From Candidatus Latescibacterota bacterium (lineage in GTDB: Bacteria; Latescibacterota; UBA2968; GCA-2709665): a DNA stretch of 64,000 nucleotides. A model generated the notes under the pieces. That model was not told where the DNA came from, made no database searches, and saw nothing but the letters and a program-made list of their open reading frames with translations. Positions 1-9,387 of the stretch are shown here, piece after piece. How positions within the stretch are numbered: position 1 is the stretch's first letter; every line of letters begins with the position of its first letter. Location of the stretch: assembly GCA_965219995.1 (NCBI GenBank), contig CBDCOX010000002.1, forward strand, positions 800,001 to 864,000, written 5' to 3'. The position numbers were made by a program, and so were the translations under genes.

Positions 1-64
1 TGTGTCCCCAAATGGGGTCCCGGATGGCCTTGCCGGTATCCAGAAACCGGAGGTCGATGCGCAT
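1..64 (-). CDS. HD-domain phosphohydrolase (dNTPase/SAMHD1-like), N-terminal fragment running off window
   Basis: Minus-strand ATG at 64 reads MRIDLRFLDTGKAIRDPIWGH, matching the 'K.IRDP.(W/H)G.I' N-terminal motif of this family; absent from ORF track. Confidence 0.65.
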   Translation of the reverse strand, partial: MRIDLRFLDTGKAIRDPIWGH

Positions 65-349
65 AGTCGGATGCTCGGTGGGAGGCCGCTATGGGAAGGA
101 GAACGGCCGTACACGATCGGTTCGAAAAACACTGGCATGACGCCCGTCATCAGTGATTTTACCGTGTTCGGCACTTCGAAATATCGGTATCGAAGGGTTG
201 CATGTCAAGTCTCGCGGCCTGAAACGGACTTCCCCGGCGCAGGGTGTCGGAATTGAAGCTCACATTACGGTTCGGTATTCCGCGGCTGAACGGCGTCAAC
301 GCCAGGATGCCGCCTGCCTGAGGCCGGCCGCTTTTCGAAGAGGTCACCG

Positions 350-1072
350 ATGTCTGTATTGGAGGCATGGTGGGAAGGCCCATCGCGTCGGGCGCGTGTG
401 GCGGTGATTGCAGAAATGTCCAGGGTGCTCGACGAAACATTCGGCGGCGCAGCCTGGGACCTCAAACGCGTACGTCCGGACGGCCTCGATGCGCTGATGC
501 GGACCATCCTGTCGCAAAACACGAACGACGAAAACCGGGACCGGGCATACGAAAGGATGCGTGCGCGGTTTCCGGTTTGGAGTGACGTGATGGCAGCAGA
601 CACGGCGGCCCTGAAGGACGCCATCCGCGTGGCAGGACTGGCGAATACGAAGGCCCCGAATATGCAGGCGTTTCTATGTTGGCTGGCGCGTGAACGGGGG
701 AGCTTGAATCTGGACTTTCTCAGGGACCTGCCGAACCGGACCGCGGTAACCATGTTGACGGAACATCGAGGCATTGGGATCAAGACGGCATATATTGTGC
801 TGGCCTTTGCCTTCGACCGCGACCTGTGTGCGGTGGATACGCATGTGTATCGCGTGCTCCGTCGGGTGGGGATTGTTTCGGCGCGATGCGGCCGTGAGAA
901 AGCCCACACGGAACTCGCGCCTCTGGTCCCGAAAGGCCAGGCCAGGCCGTTTCACATGAACATGGTTGATTTCGGCAAGACGGTGTGTACCGCCAGAAAC
1001 CCTTCCTGCGATGTCTGTCCCGTTTCCCATCTGTGCAGAACCTATCACGAAATACAGGACGGGCGCGTCTGA
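350..1072 (+). CDS. Endonuclease III family (HhH-GPD) DNA glycosylase with 4Fe-4S cluster
   Basis: TILSQNT, HhH GIGIKTA, VDTHV, C-terminal C-x6-C-x2-C-x5-C (CTARNPSCDVCPVSHLC). Confidence 0.9.
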   Translation: MSVLEAWWEGPSRRARVAVIAEMSRVLDETFGGAAWDLKRVRPDGLDALMRTILSQNTNDENRDRAYERMRARFPVWSDVMAADTAALKDAIRVAGLANTKAPNMQAFLCWLARERGSLNLDFLRDLPNRTAVTMLTEHRGIGIKTAYIVLAFAFDRDLCAVDTHVYRVLRRVGIVSARCGREKAHTELAPLVPKGQARPFHMNMVDFGKTVCTARNPSCDVCPVSHLCRTYHEIQDGRV

Positions 1073-1135
1073 CAGCAAAAGGTTCCGAATGCTGCCGCGT
1101 CAACGGATTGCCCGGGCGGTGGCGGCACGTGTGCG

Positions 1136-2239
1136 TCAATCGATCCTGATTCGCTGAAGGTCGTACGAGTCGACGTTGTAGGGCTCGAAAGTGTCGTCGT
1201 CGCCGGGCGTATAGACCGCGACGTAGAGATTTCGATCGTCGTTATCGATGACGATGCCGCGTTCTTTGAGGTTTCCTGCCGCGAGAAGATAGTTCGTCTC
1301 CAGTTTTGTCTGCGTATTGAATTCGACGATGAACACACCCGCTTCATCGGCGTCCGTAGGCGCGACGAACAGACGTCGGCCGTCGCGGCTCAACGCAAGC
1401 CCCAGAGCGGGAGACTTGATTTCGTATTTGCCCGTCAGCGTCAGATCGCGGGCGCTGAATACCCACAGATCCTTGACGTTGCCGCGGTCATCCGGGTCCG
1501 CCAGCCCCAGAAAGAGATGGTCGTTGGAAGGTCCCATCACGAAATCGTTGATCCTGGCGGAGAAACTGAAGCGGGTTGACGTGGTTTCTGTCGATGGGAA
1601 ATGCCCTGAGGCGTCGTATTTCAGGACGTTGTTCCTGGCGGCAACGAAGAGCTTACGGTCGCCGTGGTCCATCAGCAGAGCGCCCGAACGCACATTCCCG
1701 CTGGTTTCCAGATTGTCTGCAATGGATACCGCAATCAACAGCGGTTCATCCAGCGAGGACACGTAAACAATCGAATCGGTCCCGCAGACGATGTGGGATA
1801 TGTCATTCAGCGAAAACGGAACTGTCTTAAGGATGGCGAACGCATTCAGGTCGATTACTTTCAGGTTCGATTCGCCGTTCAGGCCCACCACCAGACGGCG
1901 CCGGTCCGGGGTAATGTCGAGGTCGATGGGGTGCGAACCTACCTGAAGGCTCCCTTCCACCACCATCTGGCTGCCGGTGTGAACGCGGAGTATCCGGTTG
2001 TTTCCGTAGTCGGCAAGGTACAGATACGGCTGGACCGGGTCCATGACCATATCAGAGATGTTCACGCCGAGTTTCAGGATCTCGAAATCTGTGAATTCGT
2101 AAAACTGCTCCGGCTCTTCGTCGTCTAAATAGAGCGAACAGCCCGAGACGAGAAGAAACACGGACAGAACAAGAAAAAGGAATCGGCCGCCTGTCTTTCC
2201 CATGAGGAGAATGCCGGATCGCCTAAAAAGAGAAGACAT
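1136..2239 (-). CDS. YncE-like beta-propeller lipoprotein
   Basis: Lipobox LVSGC; repeated blade motifs (VGSHPIDLDITPDRRRLVV, LALSRDGRRLFV); overlaps the upstream barrel gene stop; start could be 2203. Confidence 0.75.
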   Translation of the reverse strand: MSSLFRRSGILLMGKTGGRFLFLVLSVFLLVSGCSLYLDDEEPEQFYEFTDFEILKLGVNISDMVMDPVQPYLYLADYGNNRILRVHTGSQMVVEGSLQVGSHPIDLDITPDRRRLVVGLNGESNLKVIDLNAFAILKTVPFSLNDISHIVCGTDSIVYVSSLDEPLLIAVSIADNLETSGNVRSGALLMDHGDRKLFVAARNNVLKYDASGHFPSTETTSTRFSFSARINDFVMGPSNDHLFLGLADPDDRGNVKDLWVFSARDLTLTGKYEIKSPALGLALSRDGRRLFVAPTDADEAGVFIVEFNTQTKLETNYLLAAGNLKERGIVIDNDDRNLYVAVYTPGDDDTFEPYNVDSYDLQRIRID

Positions 2240-3188
2240 AGGACGTGCTCAGTTCAATCAGATAGTCGGACGTCAGCTGGCTCTCGTTCACGTTCTGGAA
2301 TACGACGATGGGCAGGTGAAATTCAACGCTCAGATTGTCCAGGACATTGATCCCCAGTTCCGGCGTAAGATACGTCCACCTCCCGCCGCGTTCCCTTGTA
2401 ATCTTGCCGAACTGGTATCGGTCTCTTGACGTGATCAGGTTTTTCAAACTCAAGCCGCCGAAGAACCAGCCTTCGCCCGCATATTCCAGAGACAGGCTTG
2501 CGTGCAGTTCGTTTCCGTATTTGTAGCCGTAGATGTTCTGCCGTGTGGTGATGCGTGTGAAGACGCCACCGGAGACCGTCAGGTCTTCGAGTTGATGAAA
2601 CACATTGAACGCGAGAATCGGATCCACGCTTCCTGATCCAATCTGAAGATTGTCGGAGAAACGCTCGCCGTATTGGTCTATTGCATTAACGGATCCGTTT
2701 GCCAGCTTCATTCCAACGCCGACATTCATAGCGGGAAAACCCGCTATCAGAGGTGCGGCGTAATTCAACATGACCACGATATCGCCCAGGCCGGAAGCAT
2801 GCCGGACATACTTCCCTCCCTCATATTGATTGTGGTTCTGGCCGCGCAGAAGCACCTTTTCGTTGGTCACGGAACGAAAAGGGACGGCCAGCGCGAGACC
2901 GATGCGTCCGGTCACACCGTACGAGGCGAAGACGGTGGTCGTGGCATTATCGGTTCGCTCACGATTGACGTTCGGTATCGCGCGAGACCCGTAGTGGGGG
3001 TCGGACAGGAACTCGTAATCGTAGTGAACGCTGAGCTTCAGATGGTCCTGTACGCCCAGATTGTTCTGCATCAGGCTTCCGCCCGGAAGCACGGGGCGGC
3101 GTCAGCTGACGCCGCCTTGAGCGTTGGCGGCCTGGGCCGTGATGAATTGCGTTAAAATGAACAGGCAGAACGCTGAGTACAAACGCAT
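2223..3188 (-). CDS. Outer-membrane beta-barrel 'transporter' family protein (MetA/phenol-degradation-like), putative selenoprotein (TGA 3104-3102 = U29)
   Basis: RBS GAGGA, signal peptide MRLYSAFCLFILTQFITAQAANA, then QGGVS-TGA-RRP continuing in frame into ORF 2223..3092; SGLGD and QIGSGSVD motifs; C-terminal YVFSF barrel signal; hairpin 11 nt after TGA. Confidence 0.75.
3075..3090 (-). promoter_or_regulatory. Candidate bacterial SECIS hairpin
   Basis: mRNA UGA-CGCCGCCCCGU-GCUUCC-GGGC-GGAAGC: 11-nt spacer, 6-bp perfect stem, G-rich 4-nt loop. Confidence 0.65.
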
Positions 3189-3356
3189 ACGGGGTTTCCT
3201 CGTTCCCTGGGTTTTAAACTGGAGGCTGGCGTCCGGGTTTCGCGGGTTGAAATATACCTTACATGCGCCTGGATGGCAAGGCGGATTTTGGTTCATGAGT
3301 CCACATAGAGCCCAAATTTACATATCTTTACATAACCCGCCGCCGCTCGTTTTCGC

Positions 3357-3385
3357 TTGACACCACCTGGCGATTGCGCTATCTT
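3357..3385 (+). promoter_or_regulatory. Sigma70-type promoter for tRNA-Arg/tRNA-His
   Basis: TTGACA (3357-3362), 17-nt spacer, TATCTT (3380-3385), upstream of the tRNAs. Confidence 0.6.
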
Positions 3386-3429
3386 TATCCACCGCTTTTC
3401 AGCGGACGGCTTCGTGCGCCGGACTTGTG

Positions 3430-3503
3430 GCTCCCGTAGCTCAGCTGGATAGAGCAACTGCCTTCTAAGCAGTAGGTCGCAGGTTCGAGTCCTGCCGGGA
3501 GTG
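3430..3503 (+). tRNA. tRNA-Arg (anticodon TCT)
   Basis: Acceptor GCTCCCG/CGGGAGT, anticodon arm ACTGC-CTTCTAA-GCAGT, T-loop GGTTCGAGTCC; CCA not encoded. Confidence 0.95.
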
Positions 3504-3519
3504 TATTGTGGCAGTTCGT

Positions 3520-3597
3520 GGTGGGTGTAGCTCAGATGGTTAGAGCGCCTGGTTGTGGCCCAGGAGGTCGGGGGTTCAAGTCCCCTCACTCACCCCA
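3520..3597 (+). tRNA. tRNA-His (anticodon GTG)
   Basis: G-1:C73 pair, acceptor GTGGGTG/CACTCAC, anticodon loop TTGTGGC, encoded CCA. Confidence 0.95.
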
Positions 3598-3671
3598 TTT
3601 TTTTCGCTTTCTCTGGCCTTTGGTTCTCTGTCGGTTGTGGACCAGAGGTTTTTTCACGTCCACCACATTCC

Positions 3672-5033
3672 ATGATTTCGGCCGACCACCTTCGAAGCGA
3701 GCCGTTACGGGCGATGATTATCGGCCTGGATGGTACTCCATGCAGTCTGATACACCGGATGGTCTCCGACGGCCTGATGCCGAATTTCGCGAACCTGCTG
3801 CAGGGCGGAAGCCTGTCGTATATGGAGTCCGTATTGCCCACGGTCTCATCGGTGGCCTGGGCGTCGCTGGTAACCGGGTGCAATCCGGGCAAGCACAATA
3901 TCTATGGCTTCATCGATCGTGTGCCGCAGACCCACGAAATGTACATCCCGACGTCCCGAACAATGCGAGCCAGGACGTGGACGGAGATTTTCAGCGGGAT
4001 GGGCGGGCGTGTCTTTTCCATGGGCGTGCCGACGACCTACCCCCCAAAGCCGGTGAACGGCATTCAGATTTCGGGCTTTCTGGCGCCGGACTTGAAACGG
4101 GCAACCTATCCCACCGATGTGGCAGACCTGTTGTCTGAGATGGGGTACAAAATCGACATTGACGCGTGGCTAGCCCGCCGGGACACGGAGAGATTTCTGG
4201 ACGATGTATTCCGGGCTCTGGAGCGACGGTTCGACGCGATGTTCCACTTCCTGGACCAGGAGCCATGGGACCTGTTTGTCGCGCATGTTCTGGAAACGGA
4301 CAGATTGCACCATTTTCTGTGGGGACTTTTTGAGGACGGCAGCGAGACTTATCTGCCCTGGTTCAACCGGTTTTATGCCCGGGTTGACCGTGCCATCGGA
4401 GAAGTCACGAACCGCCTTGACGACGACGTATTGCTGATGATTGTATCCGACCATGGATTCTGCAAGTTGAAGTATGAAGTACATTTGAATTTCTGGCTTC
4501 GACAGGCAGGCTATTTGCGTACCCCGGTTCGACAGGCCAAAGGACTTCGCGACCTGGCGCCGGGCTCGCGTTGTTACTCACTGTTGCCCGGGCGCATGTA
4601 TATCTCTCTGCGCGGCCGCGAACGCGGTGGATGCGTGGCGCCCGGGGCGGAGTACGAGTCAGTGAGACAGGACATCGCCGACGGACTGATGGAGATCCGA
4701 AATCCTGTAACGGGTGTACCGGTGATCCGGAGGGTCTTCAGGCGCGAGGAACTCTATACCGGCGATGCATTCGACCTGGCGCCGGACCTGGTGGCCATGC
4801 CGGAGGACGGGTATGATTTGAAGGGTGGATTCGACAAAGAGGAATTGATGACGCGCGGTCCGGTAAACGGCACCCATACCTTCTCGGACGCGATGTTTTT
4901 TGTCAATCGCAAGGTGGATTTATTGCCACGGCTTCGCGTGATCGACGTGTTTCCGACGCTTTTTGATGCCGTCGGTCTGAACGTCCCTGCCGGTGTCGAC
5001 GGGCGGTCCGTCGTTGCCGGCAGCGTGAACTGA
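3672..5033 (+). CDS. Alkaline phosphatase superfamily / type I phosphodiesterase-nucleotide pyrophosphatase
   Basis: IIGLDG, TG.NPGKH.IYGF, ETDRLHH, IVSDHGF, NGTH motifs; start trimmed from 3555, which lies inside tRNA-His. Confidence 0.85.
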   Translation: MISADHLRSEPLRAMIIGLDGTPCSLIHRMVSDGLMPNFANLLQGGSLSYMESVLPTVSSVAWASLVTGCNPGKHNIYGFIDRVPQTHEMYIPTSRTMRARTWTEIFSGMGGRVFSMGVPTTYPPKPVNGIQISGFLAPDLKRATYPTDVADLLSEMGYKIDIDAWLARRDTERFLDDVFRALERRFDAMFHFLDQEPWDLFVAHVLETDRLHHFLWGLFEDGSETYLPWFNRFYARVDRAIGEVTNRLDDDVLLMIVSDHGFCKLKYEVHLNFWLRQAGYLRTPVRQAKGLRDLAPGSRCYSLLPGRMYISLRGRERGGCVAPGAEYESVRQDIADGLMEIRNPVTGVPVIRRVFRREELYTGDAFDLAPDLVAMPEDGYDLKGGFDKEELMTRGPVNGTHTFSDAMFFVNRKVDLLPRLRVIDVFPTLFDAVGLNVPAGVDGRSVVAGSVN

Positions 5034-5105
5034 GGCGCGAGGAAACACACCGGACCGGCGCATGCGGGTGGACGCCGGGTTTGGCACAGTGACGCGGGGA
5101 ATGGC

Positions 5106-5738
5106 ATGAAACCTGGAGATTTCGCTTTCGGAAGCGTCTTGTCGAAATTGTTCCTGATTGCGCTCGCAACGGGTGTATCGGCGGCTTTCGCTCACGCCGA
5201 CCGCGGCCACGTGCTGGACACCAGCGAAGAGAACATGGAGCGGATCGCCGGGTCGCTCGGGGTACGGTGTAGTTACTGTCATACCTCACGGAGGCCGGAT
5301 GGAAGACCTGACTTCGAAGCGCCTTCCCTGTTCAAGGAGACAGCCGTCCATATGAAGGTACACTTTGTGGACGGCCTGAAAACCGCGGATGGGAAATCGC
5401 TGGACTGCCTGTCCTGCCACCAGGGGAACGCCCGATTTATTCCGCGTGACCTCAAGGATGCCAAACCGTCCAACATGTCCGAGCGGCTGCCCCGGCGGGA
5501 GATCTTTCGGAAGATGAAGGCCATTGAGAAGGCGCTGGGGGTTAACTGCGAATTCTGCCATGTCAGGCGCGAAGACGGACGCCTCGCCCCGGAACAGCCG
5601 ACGAAGCACAAGCTGATGGCCAAATACATGATGGACCACTACGAGGGTGCGTTGATCACGTCAGGCGGGAAGCCGGTCACCTGCGCAACCTGCCACGCGG
5701 GTACAGCTGCATTTCTGCCGCGCTCGACGGGTGAGTGA
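5106..5738 (+). CDS. Tetraheme c-type cytochrome (two repeats resembling reaction-centre cytochrome c subunit domains)
   Basis: Signal peptide (AFAHA); four CxxCH motifs: CSYCH, CLSCH, CEFCH, CATCH; duplicated M-x5-LGV-x-C motif. Confidence 0.85.
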   Translation: MKPGDFAFGSVLSKLFLIALATGVSAAFAHADRGHVLDTSEENMERIAGSLGVRCSYCHTSRRPDGRPDFEAPSLFKETAVHMKVHFVDGLKTADGKSLDCLSCHQGNARFIPRDLKDAKPSNMSERLPRREIFRKMKAIEKALGVNCEFCHVRREDGRLAPEQPTKHKLMAKYMMDHYEGALITSGGKPVTCATCHAGTAAFLPRSTGE

Positions 5739-5763
5739 AAGCGTAGAGGTCGGCATGAAAAGC

Positions 5764-5800
5764 AGAAGGGCCGGACGGAAAACCGTCCGGCCCTTCTTTC
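5764..5800. terminator. Intrinsic terminator between convergent cytochrome and nrdJ genes
   Basis: 15-bp perfect stem AGAAGGGCCGGACGG/CCGTCCGGCCCTTCT with AAAA loop and T-rich tail. Confidence 0.85.
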
Positions 5801-5815
5801 CTTATTCGCCTTTTG

Positions 5816-8800
5816 CTATGAACAGCCCACCGAATTCCCGCAATTCAGGCAGCGATAGCACGAGCCGTTACGGACCGTAATGTGACCGCACGTGTCGCAA
5901 AAAGGCGCATCCCCCATCATCCGCGAGAGTTGATCGTCGAGGACCATGGTTTGAGGATGCGCGTGCGCTTCCGTATGGGATGACGATCCATTGGACGCGG
6001 TTTGTTGTGAACCGGCGCCGTTGGCCGCCGGATTGGCTTTCGGGGCCGGGTCTGCCGGCGGGGAAGCGCCCTGAGTGTCGGCGGGTACGCCGGGCGACAC
6101 GGAACTCCGGGAAGAGAGTGAAATCATTTCGGTTTCCAGGTCCTGGTGGTCGTTGATGTCCGGAGCGATATCTTCGGGTTTGACTTGCAGAAAGTCCGTC
6201 CGGCCAAGGTATTCATAGCCCAGGACACGGAAGATATAATCGATGACGGAAGTCGCGAATTTTATGTTGGGGTGATCGACGGATCCCCACGGTTCGAAAC
6301 GCGTAAAAGTTAAGCGGTCCACGAACTCTTCGAGGGGTACACCGTGTTGCAGACCCTTGGAAATGGCGATGGCGAAGCAGTCCAACATGGCGCGAAACGG
6401 CGCACCCTCTTTGCTCATGTCGATGAAGATTTCGCCGAGAGTACCGTCTTCGTATTCACCCGTGCGCAAGAAAACCTTCTGGTTGGCCACGCGCGCCTCC
6501 TGGGTGAATCCGCTTCGTTTCTTAGGGAGGCGCCTCCTGGTGGGCCGCGTCGCCAGCGGAACGGGCTCCGGCTTTGATTTTCCGGATGCACCTGCCAATG
6601 ACTCATCGCGCGATGCGACCGCCTCGGCGGCTTCCTCGTTCACGTCCGATTTGGTTGCCGTACTCAACGGCTGCGAGAGTTTGGAGCCGTCTCGATAGAT
6701 GGCCACGGCCTTCAGGCCCAGATTCCAACCCTTGACGTAAAGATCTTCAATCTCTCCCGTGGTGGTTTCGCCAGGGACGTTTACGGTCTTGGAAATGGCT
6801 CCGCAAATAAACTTCTGGGCGGCGGACATCATGCCTAGATGCGCCATCGGGGCAATAAAGCGTTTGCCATGTCTGCCACACTTGTTGGCGCAGTCGAATA
6901 CGGCCAGATGCTCATCTTTGAGATGAGGCGCACCTTCAATGGTCATTCGGCCGCAGACGTATTCGCTGGCTTCGTTGACTTGCATTTCGGTAAAGCCGAG
7001 TTCAGCGAGCAGATTGAAGCCGGGGGCGTTGTACTGTTCCGGAGCGTAGCCCAGGCGTTGCATCAGTGCTTCGCCGAGAATCCAGGGTGTGAAGGCGAAT
7101 TCCAGTTCAAGAACGCCTGGCAGTGCGCCTTCCGCCTTTTTCAGATCCACCGGGCCGAATCCCTTCGCCATTAACGACTCGGCGTTGACGTGCGGCGCGT
7201 CAATCAGGGTCAGCCTGCCGCAGAGGTAGGCCAGAATGTCGGCAATTTCCGCCTCGGAATAACCGAGGTGCTCCAGAGCCCTGGGCACGGCGTGGTTGAC
7301 AATTTTGAAATAGCCACCGCCGGCAAGCTTTTTGAACTTGACCAGGGCGAAATCGGGTTCGATTCCGGTGGTGTCGCAATCCATCAGAAGGCCGATGGTG
7401 CCGGTTGGCGCGATGACGGTGGCCTGTGCGTTACGATAGCCGTATTTTTCACCCAGTTCAACCGCAAGGTCCCAATCTTCCCTCGCGGCACGAAGCAGAT
7501 CGTCCGGGCACGCGTGAGCGTCGATATTGAACGCGGCATCGCGGTGCATGTTCATGACGTTGAGCATGGGACCGCGGTTCTTTTCGAAGCCCGGAAACGG
7601 ACCCTTGTCGGCCGCCATGCGGGCCGAGGTCGCGTAGGCCTGACCGCACATAATTGCGGTGATGGCGGCGCAGATGGCCCGTGCGCCGTCGCTGTCGTAG
7701 GGCAATCCCTGTACCATCAGAAGCGTTCCCAGGTTGGCATAGCCGAGACCCAGGGGGCGGTAATCGTGGCTGTTCCGGGCGATCATCCGGGTGGGATAGG
7801 ATGCGAAATCGACCAGGATTTCCTGTGCGATGAAAAAGATTTTGCAGGCATAACGGAAACCGTCGATGTCGAAGGTGCCATCCTCATCGAGGAACTTCAT
7901 GAGGTTGATTGATGCGAGATTGCACGCCGTGTCGTCGAGGAACATAAATTCCGAACACGGGTTCGATCCGTAGATGCGGTCGGTGTTGGCGCAGGTGTGC
8001 CAGCGGTTGATGGTGCTGTCATACTGCATGCCGGGGTCGGCGCAGGCCCAGGCGGCTTCGCCGATCTGGCGCATGAGATCGCGGGCCTTGTGCGTTTCGT
8101 AGACTTCGCCGGTCGTGCGAAGCCGGGTGTGCCATTCGCCGTCGTCTTTGCAGGCCTGCATAAACGCGTCGGTGACGCGGACCGAGTTGTTTGAGTTCTG
8201 GCCGGAGACCGTCTGGTAGGCTTCACCGTTGAAGTCGGAACTGTAGCCGGCTGCCATGAGCGCCGCGACCTTCTTTTCTTCTTTTACCTTCCAATTGATG
8301 AAATCGAGAATTTCAGGGTGGTCCATGTCCAGACAGACCATTTTGGCGGCTCGCCGCGTCGTCCCGCCGGATTTGATGGCGCCGGCACCTTTGTCGAGGA
8401 CCTCCAGAAAGGACATCAGGCCGGATGAGACCCCACCACCGGAGAGCTTCTCCATTTTCCCGCGGATTTTCGAGAAATTCGTACCCGTTCCGGATCCGTA
8501 TTTGAAGAGACGAACTTCGCTCTTCAGCAATTCGAAAATGTCCATGGTGTCGTCCTGGACGGATTGAATATAGCAGGCGGAACACTGGGGATGGGAATAC
8601 GAGTCTTTGGTTTCCGATACGGAATTTCCGTTCCAGTGCCAGTTGCCGCCGCTGCCTTGAATCCCGTATTCGTGGTACAGTCCGCAATTGAACCAGACCG
8701 GCGAGTTGAATGCGCCCATCTGATGCACGAGATGGTAGGCAAGTTCCGCTTCGAATGTATCGGCGTCTTCGGTTGAGTCGAAATATCCGCCCTGTTTTTC

Positions 8801-9067
8801 TCCGGACCTGCGGATGGTGTGGGCTACCCGGTGCATGACCTGCCGAACGGAGGTTTCATGTCCCGTCTCGGGCACTCCTCGCTTTCTGAAATATTTCGAC
8901 ACGACGATATCCGTTGCCAGCTGGGACCAGCCGGCCGGGACTTCGGCATCGTCCATGCGAAAAACTTCAGATCCGTCGGGATTGGTAATGACGGATGTTT
9001 TCTTAATGTATTCGACCTGGTCCAGCGGATTCCGGCCGGGCGTGGTCTGCCTGCGTTCAAGCTTCAT
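5816..9067 (-). CDS. nrdJ: Class II vitamin B12-dependent ribonucleotide reductase with fused TSCPD domain and C-terminal Zn ribbon
   Basis: FNSPVWFN, PQCSAC, KSGGTTRRAAKM, SNPCSE, IAPTGTI, AIYRDGSK, terminal CDTC...CLNCG...GCS; start reset to MKLERR with GGAGG RBS. Confidence 0.95.
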   Translation of the reverse strand: MKLERRQTTPGRNPLDQVEYIKKTSVITNPDGSEVFRMDDAEVPAGWSQLATDIVVSKYFRKRGVPETGHETSVRQVMHRVAHTIRRSGEKQGGYFDSTEDADTFEAELAYHLVHQMGAFNSPVWFNCGLYHEYGIQGSGGNWHWNGNSVSETKDSYSHPQCSACYIQSVQDDTMDIFELLKSEVRLFKYGSGTGTNFSKIRGKMEKLSGGGVSSGLMSFLEVLDKGAGAIKSGGTTRRAAKMVCLDMDHPEILDFINWKVKEEKKVAALMAAGYSSDFNGEAYQTVSGQNSNNSVRVTDAFMQACKDDGEWHTRLRTTGEVYETHKARDLMRQIGEAAWACADPGMQYDSTINRWHTCANTDRIYGSNPCSEFMFLDDTACNLASINLMKFLDEDGTFDIDGFRYACKIFFIAQEILVDFASYPTRMIARNSHDYRPLGLGYANLGTLLMVQGLPYDSDGARAICAAITAIMCGQAYATSARMAADKGPFPGFEKNRGPMLNVMNMHRDAAFNIDAHACPDDLLRAAREDWDLAVELGEKYGYRNAQATVIAPTGTIGLLMDCDTTGIEPDFALVKFKKLAGGGYFKIVNHAVPRALEHLGYSEAEIADILAYLCGRLTLIDAPHVNAESLMAKGFGPVDLKKAEGALPGVLELEFAFTPWILGEALMQRLGYAPEQYNAPGFNLLAELGFTEMQVNEASEYVCGRMTIEGAPHLKDEHLAVFDCANKCGRHGKRFIAPMAHLGMMSAAQKFICGAISKTVNVPGETTTGEIEDLYVKGWNLGLKAVAIYRDGSKLSQPLSTATKSDVNEEAAEAVASRDESLAGASGKSKPEPVPLATRPTRRRLPKKRSGFTQEARVANQKVFLRTGEYEDGTLGEIFIDMSKEGAPFRAMLDCFAIAISKGLQHGVPLEEFVDRLTFTRFEPWGSVDHPNIKFATSVIDYIFRVLGYEYLGRTDFLQVKPEDIAPDINDHQDLETEMISLSSRSSVSPGVPADTQGASPPADPAPKANPAANGAGSQQTASNGSSSHTEAHAHPQTMVLDDQLSRMMGDAPFCDTCGHITVRNGSCYRCLNCGNSVGCS

Positions 9068-9387
9068 AGGAGTACTTCCTCCGGATTTCTGGAATTGACT
9101 CAAATCGCAAAACGATTGGGAACCTGACTGATCGAACAACGGCTCGTTACAGGCCGCGTTTTTCCTTCGCGGCCGACACCGGGTGTTCCGTCTCGGATTC
9201 AGGTCGCCGGCACTCGGCCGACGAATCGCCCGTCTCATTGCGATAACACGACGAGACGGAATAAGCCGAATGGCGACTCAAGCGAGGGACGGGACACGAG
9301 AAGTTGTTGGCGAAATCATACGTTGAAGACGCATCTGAAGGGGAATGGCGCGTCCGTGTTACGTGGGGCAAGGGGAGGTAATCGGGT

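Noticed and set aside
3555-3671. N-terminal extension of the phosphodiesterase ORF, plus ORFs 3506..4138 and 3293..3589
   Set aside because: They overlap tRNA genes and are translations of tRNA sequence.
5816-9067. Intein or intron in the long nrdJ
   Set aside because: No intein splice motifs or homing endonuclease seen; the length is explained by a common NrdJ insertion, the fused TSCPD domain and a low-complexity linker.
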